Shown here piece after piece: positions 1-15,755 of a DNA stretch of 64,000 nucleotides (the first letter of the stretch is position 1; every line of letters starts with the position of its first letter). Source of the stretch: Neocallimastix sp. 'constans' (lineage: Eukaryota); NCBI GenBank assembly GCA_050613775.1, contig JBODTK010000104.1:372001-436000 (forward strand), given 5' to 3'. The notes beneath the pieces are model-generated. The model ran no database searches. It was not told where the DNA came from and worked only from the letters and a program-made list of their open reading frames with translations. The position numbers and the translations under genes were made by a program.

Positions 1-927
1 TTTTTTTATTTCATTGACAAACAATGAAAAAAAGTTTTTTTATTATGAAATAAGGTTTAATTAAATTAAATTAAATTAAAATGTATTAATTTGAACAATT
101 TAATATAGATAAAAAGAGAAATAAAAATTTTTTTTTAATTTTTTCATTCATTGTAGAAAGCATTAAATAATATATAATATATAATATATATTATATATTA
201 TATGTAATTATGAAATATATAATATAAATATATAATATAAATATATGAAATATTGTAATATATAATAAATAATATAAAGAATAAATATAGGTATAATTAT
301 ATAATACATAACATATATAGATGTAATTATATAATAATAATAATAATAAAAATTTATATATAAATAGTTGAAATGAATATTTTATTTTTTTCTTTTCTAT
401 ATCATATATTATTTGAATTAATATATATATTATATATTATATATTACATTTACTATTATATTTAATATTGTAATAATTTATTTAAAATATTAATTTTATA
501 CTATACTACACATATAATCTATTATATATAATCTATAAAATATTATTTATATATAATCTGTAAAATATTATTTAATAATTAATATAAATATAATGAAATG
601 AAAATTGTAACCAATACATTTAATATGAAATCATTTAATTTCAAAATTTTAAAAAAAGTTTTTTTTTTTTTTTTTTTTTTTATTATTTGTTATGATTATT
701 TTTAGATATATTTATTATTCTATCTTAATTATAAATTATTATTTCTTATTATATTTATTTATTAAATCTTAGATATATTTTATTATTTCTTATTATGGTA
801 TAATATATATATGTTTTTTAGATTTTTTTTCTCTTCTTTATTCTTCTTTTATGAGAAATTAATCATAATTTGAGAAATTCAAGTAATGATAAATAATATA
901 AAAGCAAATTAATTGAAAGAGTTCAGA

Positions 928-962
<35 letters not shown>

Positions 963-1696
963 GAATAAACTATAAATTTCAAACATTAAATTTTATTTCT
1001 ATATTATATCAAATAAATGAATAAATAGATAAAAAAGAACTTTAATTCTTAATTATATTAATATAAATATAATAAAAATATAATAAAAAATATAAATAAA
1101 TATATATTTCTATATCTATGTATAAACCAAATTTATTGTTAAATTGGGATGATAAAAATAATTAAAAATATTGAAGCTTTCTTACTTTTAGGATACATAT
1201 TTGTTAATCTTTTTTTTTTTATTTTATTTTATTTTATTTATTTAAAGTAAATTTAATATATATATAAACCATACAAATATATATGCATAAAAAAGATATT
1301 AAGGCATAGTTAGAATCAAAAGAAAATGGCATTGTCACTGATATTTCAAATTTTTTTTTTTTTTTTTTTTATTTGTTAATTAAAGATTTTATTAATATAT
1401 GTTTTGTGAAAGTAGAATAAAAATAATAATAATAGTATTATTTAGGTTAGTTGAATTCTATACTTTAGATATTTATCAATTTAGGTTGGCAGGAATTTCG
1501 TTATATTTAAAAAATTTATTTTAAAATTTAAAGATATTAAAAATAATGTTCAATAATTGAACTTTATTATTTTATATTATTTTCTTTAATAAAGAAGAAG
1601 ATAGGTATAGAAAATAATAATAATTTTCTATTACAAAATTTTATTCTATCATGGAAATAAAACCTTTTTTTTAAATATATTTCTAAAACAATATTA

Positions 1697-1738
<42 letters not shown>

Positions 1739-2045
1739 TATCATATATTGAAATATTTAATATTTCCATGTTTCTATAATCAATAACTTTTATAAATTAA
1801 ACATTATTATATAATTTTTGATATTTTTTTTTATTTTAAAAATTCCTATTATATTGTATACTATATTATTTATTTATGATGAATTATTATTATATTAATA
1901 ATATAATAATTATTATTTTTTAATATTAATTATTTACTTTTTTGCTTGTTTGTTTAATTGCTTGCTTGTTTGTTTGTTTATTTTAGGTTTTTAATTACTG
2001 TATATTATTTATATATTTTTTATAACATTTTATCACTTATATTTT

Positions 2046-3959
2046 TTATTTTTTTTTTTTTATATTTTTTTGAAGTTCAACTAGATATTTTTTTATATCT
2101 TCTTTCGTAGAACTTTTACCTAATCCTATAAATGGACATAATATTTCTTCAGAATTAATTTTATCAATGACTTTATTTATATCTGCTCCTTGCTCAACTA
2201 AATATCTTATTATGTTTTCGGTTCCATCCATGAATGCAAAATATAACGGTGTTTCACCAGAATCATTTTCTTTATTAATATTTGCTCCTTGATCAATTAA
2301 ATATTTTACTATTTTTTTATTTTTTCTCTGGCATGCATAAAATAAAGCTGTTTCACCACTTTTTGTTTCTATTGTGATATCTACTCCATTTTCAACTAAA
2401 TATTTTACTAAATTTTCATTTTCACTATAGCATGCCATAAATAAAGGTGTTTCTCCCTGATCATTTCTTTTTTTTTTTACATCTACTCCTTGTTCAACTA
2501 AATATCTTACTATTTCTTAGTATCCTAAATTGCATGCAAAAAATAGAGGTGTTTCAGCCGAATCATTTTCTTTGTTAATATCTGCTCCTTGTTCAACGAA
2601 ATATTCTACTAATTTTACATTTCCACTCTGGCATGCTTTAAATAGCGGTGTTTCAGACCGTTGATTTTCTTTATTAATATCTGCTCCATGTTCAACTAAA
2701 TATTTTACTGGATTTTCATTTCCATTATGGCATATATCAAATAGTACTGTTTCACCACATTCATATTCTATTGTTATATCTACTTCATGTTCTACTAAAA
2801 ATTTTACTAGATTTTCATTTAAATTTTCATTTCTTCCTTCTCATGCAATAAAAATAAAAGTGTTTCTCCTTCGTCATTTTTGATTTTTACATCTGCTCCA
2901 TGTTCCACTAAATATTCTACCCTTTTTTCATTTCCACTCTTGCATGCATTAAATAAAGCTGTTTCTCCATGTTTATTTTTTATTGTTATATCTATTCCAA
3001 GTTCAACTAAATATTTTACGAGATTTTCATTTCCACTTTCGCATGCCATAAACAAAAGTGTTTCCCTCTTGGCACTTATTTTTTTTACATTTGCTCCCAG
3101 TTTCACTAAATATTTTACGAGATTTTCATTTCCACTTTTACAAGCCATAAATAAAGGTGAATAACCGTTGATATCTACTATTTTTATATTGGCACCATGT
3201 TCAATTAAATATTTTGCTATTTTTTCATTTCCTTCTTCACATACACAATGTAATGGTGTTTCCTTACTACCATTTACTTTATTTACATCCGCTCCATGTT
3301 TAATTAAATATTTTACAATTTTTTCATTTTCTTTTCGACAAGAACAACATAATGGTGTTTCATCATCAACATTTACTTCATTTACATCAGCTCCATGTTC
3401 AACTAAATATTTAATTATATGTTCTTTTCCATCTCCGCATGCGTCTACAAAATAATCTTGAAAATTTCCAGGAGAATGACCTTTTAAAATTACACATGGA
3501 TAATCTTCTGTCGAACGATTTATTGAAATCATATATTGATCATTAGACATCATTCTATTTATGTCAGTGACAGAAGTTAAGATTTTATTTTTATATTGAT
3601 TAAGTAACATTATAATGAATTCAATATCATAAATTTAAAGTTATCAAAAATAATTGATAATATCTGAATTTCATTATATTTTATTAATTTCTTTAATAAA
3701 GAAGAAGAAATCCAAAGAAAATCACTACAATTTTTTATTATAAAATTTAATCTATTAGAAGTAAGCAAGCCATTTTCATAGATCTCCATAAGAAAATCTA
3801 TTTTTTTTTTGAATTTCTTTTAATGATATTATTTATTGAAGATTTTAATATTCTTTTTTTTTTTCCATCATCTATATTTTTTATTAATAATTCAATTTTA
3901 AAGTTATTATATGATTTTTTTATATTATAATTTCTATTTTTATTTTTTGAAGAAACCAT
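2046..3959 (-). pseudogene. Ankyrin-repeat protein, fragmented by frameshifts and stops (copy A)
   Basis: ORFs 2819-3610 and 2046-2438 carry many ankyrin repeats (GETxLFxAC..GNENLVKYLVEHGAD). ATG at 3959 matches MVSSK of the paralogue at 59415. Some breaks lie at homopolymers and could be assembly errors. Confidence 0.85.
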
Positions 3960-5593
3960 TTTTTTTTTAAAAAAAATAAGTAATAAAAATTCAAATAAAA
4001 TAAAAAATTAAGCAAAATATAAGATAAGTATTATATATTTTTATTTAATATAATTATTTAAAAAGAAAAATATAATATAAAATAAGATGAAATAAAAAAA
4101 AAAAAAAAAGAAAAAAATTTATTTATTATATTAAAATATCATTTAGCCTTTCTTAAATATTATATTTAATTTTTAATTTATTTTAATTCCAAATATATTT
4201 ATATTAAAGTCCAACTATTTAATTTTAGTTTTATTTTAATTCCAAATTTTCTTATACTAAATATAATAATTATTCTAATAAATTATTAATTGTTTTTTTT
4301 TTTTTTTTTTTTTAGAATTAATATAATTAGAGTCTTTATCATAATTATTAATGTGATAAATAACTCAATGATTCAAATATCTCTTGTTAGGAGGAAGTTT
4401 TATTTATTATTTAGGTTTAATTTATTATAATTTTATTTATTTATTATTTTAAAGTAATTATAAAAAATTTATATTAACTTTACCTAAAATTATGTTATAA
4501 ATTTTATGTTTACATCAATTTTTATGTTCTTGTATAATTTTATGTTTTTACATAATTGTATTTTTATCACGTTATATTAAATTACGTTTAATTTATATCA
4601 AATAGTTCCAAATGATTTATTAATTTATTTTTTTAAATTTTATTAATAATTAAGGTTTTTATGGTTATTTTTATATCAAATGGACATAAGATTTCTTTTC
4701 TTTTTTATTAATTTAATATATTAAAAAAAAAAAAATAAAAATAATAATAGAAATAATAATATATAATAATAATTAATAATATATAATATATAGTAATAAT
4801 AATAATGGTAATAATAATTATAAAATCTAGACAAAATATATAATGAAACTAAATAAAACATAATAAGAAAAAAAAAATTAAATGAAATTAGAAATTAGAA
4901 TAAAATATAAAATGTAAAAGAACAAAGAGTTTATAATTGAATATGATTAATATATATATTATTTTTATTTTAATTTTATTTTATATTCTGTTTCTCTTCA
5001 ATATTTTTAAAAAAAAAATTCGAGTGTGAGGCATTTCGAAAAATTTCATTTCGGAAAAGTTTCATTTTACAAAAATTTTTTAAAATGTTAATAAATAAAT
5101 AAATTAATAATAAAACAAATAAATAATATAAATAATTTATATTAATAACTAAATAAAAATAAATAAATAAATAAATATTTATATATTAAATTATGTAAAT
5201 TATAATAATAAATATACATATATTAATAAATATACATTAAAATTAAATTTTTAAAAAATATAATATTTTATCACACGTTTTATAATTTTTCAAAATATAA
5301 ATAAAACTAATAATAATATAAAAAAAACTAATAATAATTATAAATATATAAAAAAATAAAAAAAAAAATAAATAATTTAAAAGATGTAAAGGATCATAAT
5401 TTAAGATATAATTATTAAAATTAAAATATAATATTTAAATAATAAATTGATCATTTTTACACCTTTTAAATTCTTACTCTCTATTTTATAAAATCTTAAG
5501 CTTTAATAAAAATAGTTTAATATTAAAAAAAAAATAATAAATATTAGTAGGTATTTTTAATAAAATAGATATAGATAATCTAGTAAAAAAAAA

Positions 5594-8500
5594 ATGAAAA
5601 AAAAAAAAAAAAAGGATTATAATAAACAGTTTAGGCGAGAGAAACAGAAAAACTATAGAAGGCCAAGGCAAAACTGCTTACCAAATATGGACGACTTTAG
5701 AAAAATCATTTATACTTTAAGCTTGGAGAGAAAAAAAAACTCAATTATAAAAGGTAAAATTGATAACTTAAAGTATAACGATGACCAAGACATCAACATC
5801 TTTACTGCAACTTTACAAAACTACCTAGATGAGATGGAAAATATCGATCATGGCATTAATGACAATATTAAGGCTGGTATACTAAACCGTTCCCTACCAG
5901 AAAACCTGAGAATTATTAACGTGTTCCGTTCCAATATAAAAATAATTGGTCTTAATTATGCTATTACGTCAAAAACGTAATTCCGGACATAGTCTTCTCA
6001 AATATGAAAGAATCAAATGATAATGGAAGAAACCAATAAACAAATATTTTCAGCAACCTCAATACGTAAGATAAAAAAATAAAGATAATAAAAACAAAAC
6101 ATACCTTAAGTACAAAAAAACAAAAAAAAAAAAAAAATTAAAAAGAAGAAATGGAAGATGCCACAACTGTGGTAAATTCAGTCATTATTCAAAGGAATGT
6201 TGGAACAATAAGAAAAATAATAGAAACAAGAAACTTTATAGCAAAAGATACAAATCCGAATAGAATAAAACACTAAAAAACAATACAGAATACAAACATT
6301 TTAACAAAGATAAACAATTAAACTCCTTAAAAAGCCTTAAAATGGATGACCAATTAATTGAAGATTTATCAAAGGATTACAATAGTGAGGACAATGCCAT
6401 TTTAAATTGTGTCACAACCAATTATACAAAAGCTAACATCCATGAACAACATAATAATTTAACATTCTGGATATTAGACTCAGGAGCTTCCCTTCACATC
6501 TCCAATTCTACAAAACATTTAAGTAATATTAAACACTGCAATGAATACGTTCATTTACTAAATGGTAAAACTGTACTTTCAAACACACAAGGTCCTTTCA
6601 CTGACTTCCTCTTCAACTACAAAATAATATTCTTAAACAATGTCTATTATGTTCCAAATATAACCAGAAATATAATCTCAATTACTAATTTAATAAAAAA
6701 TCAAAATTTCAAAATCATATTTTATAATAACAACCAAAGATCTTGTGCAACAATATATGACCATTATATGGAAACAGAATAACAAATATTTACTCAAACA
6801 AACAAAACATATTTTACGTATTGGTTATCAACTAATACCATTAACTTTAATAAATCAATACACAAAACCTCCATATTCAATATTGCTAAAGCAGAAAAAT
6901 ATTCTTTGTGGCACCGTAGATTGGTAGATTGGTGGCATTTCAACATCGATAATATCAAAGGCAAATTATTAAGACTCAATATTAAGCCTAAATGTCCTAT
7001 ATGTGCAAAGTTCATATTAAAAAAATTTTTCTTATATAGAAAATCACACAATTATTTTAAACGTATCTTTGAACTAATTCATATGGATCTCGTTGGTCCA
7101 GTTACTGAATCTATTCATGGTAATAAATATTTTTGGTAATAAATATTTTTTTATCCATTCTCAACGATTTTTCCCGATTTAGTTGGATCATTTTTCTTGA
7201 AAATAAAAATCGAACCTTCGACAAATTCCATCATTGGTTCAAAGAAATTAACCATATCTTTAACAAGTCAATCAAATTTATTCGCACAGATAACGACACC
7301 GAAATTTTCTAATGACAAATTCAACACCTTTTGCTCCTATCATGGAATAGTCCATCTATATATATACAATACCACACAATCCTCAACAAAATGGAAAAAA
7401 TGGCCACGTTGAGAAATAAAATGGTACTGTCATTAATGCTGCTAAAGCTCTCCTTAATGAAGCTCAATTAAGTCATCATTTTTTGGGAATATGCTATTGG
7501 CACACTCAGGAGCAAACAATAAAAGTTCATATTGAAATATTGTTCAAATCAAAAATTGGTTATTCTCACTTTAAAGCCTTTGGATGTAGAATTTTCTTCT
7601 ACGTTCCCAAGCATTTCCTCAAAAAGTTCTACAACAAAGAAACTTCAAAAGATAACTCAAATAGACATCAACACGGCATACTTAAATGCGGAGTTAAAAA
7701 AAAGATATATTTATATATATATGTGAATCCACCCAGAGGGCATCCATCGTATGGCAGTCATAACTGGAAACTCAATAAGGCACCCTATGGACTCAAATAG
7801 AGCGGTTGTGAATGGAACAATAAATTAAACGATACATTATTAGAGATTAATTTCAAGAGACTTATAACAGGTGAACCATGTATATATGTGAAATATATGA
7901 AAAGAAATAACGAAAACAATATCATATGTATTCTGGCAGTTCATGTAGATGATATATTATTGATTGGTAAAGAAAATAAAATAAACCAAATCAAAAAAAG
8001 AAACATAAAAGATAATTTCACTATCAACGACGTCGGCGAGGTGGATTTCGTCATCGGAATAATATTTTAAAAAAAGTACTGATGATTATATCATACATCA
8101 ATAAGGATATCTAAAAGAACTTCTAAACAAGTATAAAATATCAAAAATTACACCAGTAAGGGATTTAAAACTTAAAGAAAACAAAAAAAAAAAAAAAAAA
8201 AAAAAAATTGAGGAATAAGAAATTTGATCCAACCAGTTAAAGAAGTGCTCCTGAAAATCTACTATACTTAGCCATATGTACAAGACCTGACATAATTGTT
8301 CGCTGTCAGTAGAGCGGCAAGGGAAAATAACAAACCATGATCGGAAGATTAGATGAACTTACAAAGGATTTTTTAAATATCTCAAAAATACAGAAAATTA
8401 TGGGATTAATTTTCAAAAGAAAAATCACTGAAAGTTTTCGCAGATGCTGGTGACATCCAGACATCCATACTAGAAAGTCCACCACAAAGATTTTTATTTA

Positions 8501-8965
8501 TGATTGGAAATTCGCCAATTCGTTTGGTACTTAAAATTGCAACAAGTAATTGCAACATCAACCGCTGAGTCTGAATACATAAAACAGTTATCAGCACTTG
8601 TGCGAAGCATAGCCTATGGTACATGAACTTATTGAATGAATTGCGCTTTAAAATCGAAAATGTAGTAATCAATGTTGATATTAAAGCAGCAATATTTATA
8701 ATTGCCAAAATTTAACAATTAATTCTAAGTCTAATTACATTGATATAAAATACCATTTACGCAAGAGACTTAATTAAAAATGATAAAATAAGAATAAAAT
8801 ATATTAAATCAGAATACAATTTAGCTGATGGGCTAACAAAATATTTAAATAGTTCATTAATAGATAAATTTAGAAACTCAATACTTACAAAGTTTTAAAA
8901 CCAAAATAAAGCATACAAATTTAACTATTTGAAATGAGAATCGTAAAATTTGAGGGAGGGGGGAG
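5594..8965 (+). mobile_element. Degenerate Ty1/copia retrotransposon (copia-1), internal region
   Basis: Gag remnant, protease WILDSGAS, GAG-pre-integrase WHRRL, integrase FELIHMDLVGP, RT KAPYGLK and VHVDD, RNase H remnant, all in copia order. Many stops and frameshifts, and an internal deletion between INT and RT near 7635. PPT GAGGGAGGGGGGAG (8952-8965) is followed by TGTTA at 8966. No matching 5' LTR found. Confidence 0.85.
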
Positions 8966-10232
8966 TGTTAAAAAGATAATTTATTAATTCTTTATTTATT
9001 TATCTGACCAATAAAAAAGAATTTAAATAAAATATAAAAATAAAATAATCCTAAATTTTTGAATAAATGTCTTCTTTAAAAATGTTACCAAATATAATTC
9101 ATAAAATATATGGATGATGTATGTTATTCTTAAAAAATAAAATAAAATTAAATAAAATATTTTTCTTTTCATAATTCAAGAAAAAAAAAAACTTTTTTTA
9201 TAAATCAACAAAAAAGAAATAATTTTTTATTTTGATTTTAAATATTTATATTTATAATATATATTAATACATCATTACTCATTTATAATATTTAAAATTA
9301 AAAGAAAAAAATTGGAAATATATAACTTCTAAAAACTATTTTAAATATATATATTGTTAAAATAAACTTCAGTATAGTTAAATAAATAACCAGATAAAAT
9401 TATAGTATTATTTAGGAATAAATAATATATTTGAATTAATTTATTATTTAATTAGTCTAATGTTTAATTAATCTAATATTTATTTTTTATTTTATTGCGA
9501 TAAATATTACAATTTAATATATAATAAATAATTTAGTAATCGTAGGCTTGGGATACCTTCTTTTTCTTTATTATAGTAGTAAATGCAAATTGAGATACTC
9601 AAATACTAGTTGCATATTTCTTCATATAATATATGATTGAATAAATACATAAATAGAAGTATTAAATAATTAAACTATTATAGTTATGCTGTCGACTCTG
9701 TACTGAATTAATATGGGTTATATATTTGGCTTAATATTTTAAATAATTAATTAAAATTATGATAGTTAAATACTCTAATAACAATTACGCTAGATTATTC
9801 GGTAAATGATAGTAAATATCATAAGATTAATTACACATTATTTTGTTAAATTGTTAATCGCTTTAAATCAATACATATTAATTTTAAGCATTATTTATAT
9901 TAATTATTTATTGTGAATTCATTTGAGCTCAATTGTTGGAAGTATATGGAATCAATATTATATAATACTTGGGTAACATCGAAGAACAAATAACAATTAT
10001 ATTATAATTTAAATATTTTGAGATTACGAAAAGCTACAATGTGGTTTTGTTTTATTGATGTAAAAATTATAAGCTTATTTGTTTTTTTTTTTTTTTAAAA
10101 AATTATGATCAATTTGGACAAATAATATTTTATTAATTATTTATATTAAATATACATGTAATTAATAAATAAATTAAAAAAATTAAAGTTATAATTTCGG
10201 ATATAAAATTATTTATAATTTACAAAATATTT

Positions 10233-10540
10233 TGTTAGAAATAAAGTTTAATATCTTAAATAATGAATAATAATTTGGTATATTTAACTTAGATTAGTAT
10301 ATTTATTTATATTTAATAATTAAATATGTATGTTATGTAGATGTATGAGGCGCATGCCTGATATACATCAGAGTTTTACATGTATAAACAAATATAGTTA
10401 AATTAAATTTTTAAGAAATGTAAATGATTATAATCATATAATTAAAATTAATAATAACCTTTAACAAAAATATAATAATAATTATATATAATTAATAAAG
10501 TGATCACACATTCTAAAATTAAAAGCATAAATTATTAATA
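10233..10540 (+). repeat. copia-2 5' LTR
   Basis: Direct repeat of 16392-16647 (TGTTAGAAAT...TAATA), with an extra internal segment of about 80 bp. Confidence 0.9.
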
Positions 10541-10554
10541 GATTAAGAGTCTCA
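10541..10554 (+). promoter_or_regulatory. Primer-binding site GATTAAGAGTCTCA, complementary to the tRNA-Lys(CUU) anticodon arm
   Basis: Immediately follows the 5' LTR. The same 14-mer follows the 5' LTRs of copia-3 and copia-4. Confidence 0.8.
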
Positions 10555-13500
10555 ATCAGCTCAATAATCTTACCATAATAACTAAACGATTATTAATAAA
10601 ACATTAAAAAACATTTTTACCGAAATTTAAAAATTAAATTAATTTTGAAATTTCAAATTTAGAAAATTAAAATTTAAAATTTAAATTACATTCAACATAA
10701 AATCAAAAAAAAATGGAAGACATTTCAATTAACGTAGTTAATACTACTTCTACCAAAAGAGAACTCACTCCGAGCTACTATCCATTGTGGGCCTCAGAAA
10801 TGGATCTCATGTTAACATCTAAAGGTTTAGATGATCATATATACGAAGAGAATGTAAAGATGATCACCGAAAATTCGCCTGACTATAAGAAGGGCCATTG
10901 TAAGAAAGTCAGAGGTTCAACTAAATATTACTATGCCGAAGAAGTCACTGATGAAATGATTAAAAACGATAACAAAACAAAATTTTTAATCAGTACCAAT
11001 CTTGACGATAAAACCAAAAGTACAATAGATTTTAAGAATAAAATCGCTTACGAAGTTTGGAACCACTTACAAGGACTCTTTGTAAAGAACAACGAAGAAA
11101 TAAAATTAGAAACAGTCAAAAAGTTGAATACTTTAAAATACAATATAAATGATGATTTTGGAATATTTCTTTCCAAATTATTAAATACAATTGACAAGTT
11201 AGAAGAACTAGGTGAGTCAATAAGTGACGAAAGAAAATTTAATTATTTATATAATGCACTACCCAGCGACATTGTTCAAATAACCAATGTGATATCATAC
11301 CAAGATGACTGGAAGAAATGTTGTGAGCAATTAAAAAAAACTATTCCAAGATTAAAGTATTTACGAAGTTTAAAAAGTGATCAAGAAAAAATTAAGGTGT
11401 ACAATTCAGAAATAAACAATCAACAAAATAACAAAGAGGAAGGTTATATGTTTCAAATGTGGCAAAGCAGGCCATATAGCACGTGACTGTAGAGTCAAAA
11501 CCCTCAGAAGATACAATAACTACAAAAGAAAATATGAAAATAAAGACCAAAGAAAGAAAAAAGAAAAGTACCATGCTGATAGTGTTAAGGTAAACCTGGA
11601 TAAAGAAGAAAGAGAAAACTATAATGAGATTTTTGATAATGCGTTATCCATCGATTATAATGATGATAATATAAATCAATCGAATAGCGCAATTTCTGAT
11701 AACAAGAAATTTCATTGAATGGCGTAAGCCAGAAGGGCTAAATTTAAGTTATTATACTGCCCAAAACCAAAAACCCAATATTAATAACAGTAACATCACA
11801 ATATGGACTTTAGACTCTGGGGCGTCATATCACATGACCCATAACAGAGAAAATTTAGTAGATTATATTCATTTTGCTAATGGTGATGTTGTTGAATCAA
11901 AATTAATAGGTAAATATATAGGATTAATAACCACAAAATAATATTAAACGATGTCCTATATGTTCCATATTTTAAAAGAAGTCTTTTATCAATTGATCAT
12001 CTAAGTGATGACAATTATAAAATAGTTTTCTATAAAAATAAATACAATAATAAAAGGTGTGCTCTATTGTATAATAATAAAGGAAAAAGAATATATACAA
12101 GTTATTCAAATGAATCTTAAGTCTACAAAATATTTACAACAAAAAGTAATATATCTACAAGCTTCAACAATGTTACTTGTTATAATATTGAAGATGCCAC
12201 GAATGACTCAAGTTTGAATCTATGGCATAGAAGATTTGGTCATTTTAATATTGACCTAATTAAAAATAAATTAAAGAAAATTAATTTTACACCAAAATGC
12301 AAAATTTGTTTAAAATCAAAACTTAACAAATTTACCATATTACCCATCAATCAATCATACAAAGGAACCTTTTGAACTTTTACACATGGATTTGGTTAAG
12401 GCTCCTGATTTTTCATTTTATAACAATAGATATTTTGTAACTATACTCGATGATTTTACACGGTATAGTTGGGTACTATTTGTTAAAAATAAAAGCGATG
12501 TATATAATGCTTTTATTATTTGTTATAATCAAATTAAAAACATATTTAAAAATTATAATATTAAATACATAAAAACAGATAATGGGACAGAATTTTTCAA
12601 TAATAATTTTAATGAGTTTTACAAATAAAACTGGAATAATTCATGAACACACAGTACCACATAACCCCAACAAAACGGTAGAGTAGAAAGATTGCACAGA
12701 ACATTGATATCTAATGGAGATGCAATGTTAGCTGATGCTAAATTAAGTCATAAATTTTGGCAGGATGCCGTAGCAACGGCAAATTATATTCATAATCGAT
12801 TACCACATAAAGGTAACAATAATAAAATTCCATATGAATTATTGTATAACGAAAAGGTAGATTATAATAGACTTAAAGTTTTTGGTTGTCTAGTGTACTT
12901 TTATGTTCCTAAACAATTCAGAAAGAAGTTTTGTAATACAACTCTACCAGGTGTATTCTTAGGTTATGACGAAATTAATCATACAGCATTTAGAATATAT
13001 GATATTAATAATAATAAAATAATTCTTTCACGAACAGTCGCATTTCTTGAAGATGAACCTGCAAATATAGGTCCTCCTCTGTCCTTTCCAGATATCTTTA
13101 ACTTTACTCCATTTTATGAATCTGAAGAAATTGAAGACGATATAAATGATAATAATAATAATGAATATCATGAAGTTTATAATATTAATAATAACAATAA
13201 TAATTTATTTAATAATGAAAATCAAATTAATTTAAATAATAATTTAAATCAAATGAATGTTCCATATAATAATATAAATAATTTAAATCAAATGAATGTC
13301 CCATATAATAATTTAAAATAATTTAAATCAAAATAATTTTAATAATATAAATAATTTATCACAAAATAATTCTATTGGTCTTATACGATATAACAGTAAT
13401 TTAAATAATTCAAATTTATCAAATAATGTAAACAATGAGTATTTTGATTTAAATAATTATAATTCAAATGACAATTTTACAAATAATAAAAATAATAACA

Positions 13501-15755
13501 TAAATAATAATATAGAAACCAACGACGTTAATAATTTAAATGTAAGTAATAAAAATGTCAATTCTATAAATTATAATTTAAATCAAAATTTAATTGAAGA
13601 AAATAAAAATAATGTAAACAAAGAAAATGATGTAAACAAAGAAGATATAAATGATAAAAATAATTTAAATGAATAAAATAAATATAATAAAGAAAATAAT
13701 AGTGAATTCTTTAATGAATTAATTGAAGAATTAAATAAAGGTAAATTTAATAATAATAATTTAAATGAAAAGCATTCTATAAGAAGTGAGTATAGCTATA
13801 ATAATAAAGAATTTGCTAGTAATAATTATCAAAATAACGTAACCTATATGGACAAAATAAATTATATAAACAAACGAATAAATAATAATTTAAATAAAAG
13901 TGTTACCTTAAATAAAAGTAATAATGATAAAAGTGATAATGATAAAATTGATAATATCAATAAAATTAAAGATATAAAACAAGCAAATTCAATTAAAGAG
14001 AGAAAATCAGATAAAATAAAAGATACGCATTTTTTATTAAATAAATTGAAAGAACTTTCTCAAAAATCAAAGGAACAAATGAAAAATTATAAAACTAATG
14101 AAAATAATAAAAACGTTAATGATATTGATAATGCTAATGAAATAAACCAAATTGAAAGTGAAGGTAATATTAATAATAGAAATAAGTATAAAAACGATAA
14201 TAAACAACATCCAAATAAAAATAAAAACAATAAAACTAGATAAAAACGCAAATATCATTATCGTGATGAATATAATATTACTAGTCATCCTTCAAAACGT
14301 TCCTTTAAAATAAAAGATATTATAGATACAGTTGCACTCTTATCAACAAATGAAAATGATTTTATTGAACCACGTAGTTATATTGATATCTTTAATATGA
14401 AAGATAAAGATAAGTGGTTAAAAGCTGTTGATGAAGAGTTAGGTAATATGAAAAGGATGAATGTTTTTACAATTGTAGATAAAGTACCTAAGAACACTAA
14501 TGTTGTGTCAACAAGATGGGTACTAAAACATAAAAGAGATGCTAACGGTAAAATTGTGAAGTATAAAGCAAGATTAGTTGCTAAAGGTTATACACAAGTT
14601 TACGGAATAGATTACAAAAATACATTTTCGCCAACACTTAAACAGGATACACTTAAAACAATTATTGCGATAGCAGTACAAAATAAATTTGATATTCATC
14701 AAATGGATATCAAAGCTGCATATTTGAACGCTAGATTAGAAGAGGACATATATATGAATATGCCAGAAGGATGAATCAAAAGGGATACTGTAAATTGAAC
14801 AAAGCATTATACGGCCTTAAACAATCTGGCAGAATGTGGAACGAAACATTAAATAAGGTATTGTTAAAATTAAATTTTAAAAGATTCTTGAGTGAACCTT
14901 GTGTATATATCAAGAAAGATGAAAATAATAATATTAAGTGTTTATTAGCAGTTTATGTAGATGATATAATTGAAGCTGGTACTTCAGAAGAAGTAAATAA
15001 AACAAAATCTTTAATAAAAGAAAATTTTGAAGCAACCGATGTAGGTGAAGTTGATTATATTATAGGTATAAAATTTGTTAAATACAAAGATGGTTATTTT
15101 ATACACCAAAAGAAATATTTAGAAGATATATTAAATAAATTTGAAATAAACAAATTTAAACCTACTTCAAACATGATTACAATCGAAAATAATATATTAA
15201 AATCAAAGAAATTTAATCCAACAAAATACAAACAAGCAATTGGATCCTTATTGTACTTAGCTATAAGTACGAGACCTGACATCCTATTTTCAGTAACTAG
15301 AGCTTCAAGAAAATCTAAAGATCCCACCTATGAAGATTGGTATAATGTAATAAAAATTTTTAGATATCTAAAAGGTAAACCTGATTATGGAATTAAATTT
15401 ACATATAATAAAAAACTCGAGTTTAAAGTCTACGTAGATGCAGATTTAGGTGGTGATTAAAACACTAGAAGATCTACTACAGGATTCTTGATGTTAATAA
15501 ATTCAGCTCCAACAAGTTGGTATTCTAAACTCCAACATTGTGTTTTCGTTTCTACCGCAGAAAGCGAATATTATGGTATACATGAATGTGCAAGGCATTG
15601 TCTTTGGTACAGAAACATTTTTAAAGAACTTGGATTAAATAATAATAGTATAACAATAAATACTGACAATAAAGCCGCTATTTATAGCTGCGAAAATGAA
15701 ACAATTAATCCGAAGTCTAAGCATATCGATTTGAGATATCATAGCATAAGGGAGT

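Noticed and set aside
2880..3455. Plus-strand ORFs here and at 57711-58909
   Set aside because: Antisense shadows of ankyrin repeats.
9776..9788. Another TAATAACAATTAC copy (self-priming motif)
   Set aside because: The flanks do not resemble the chromovirus LTR or leader. It could be chance in AT-rich DNA.
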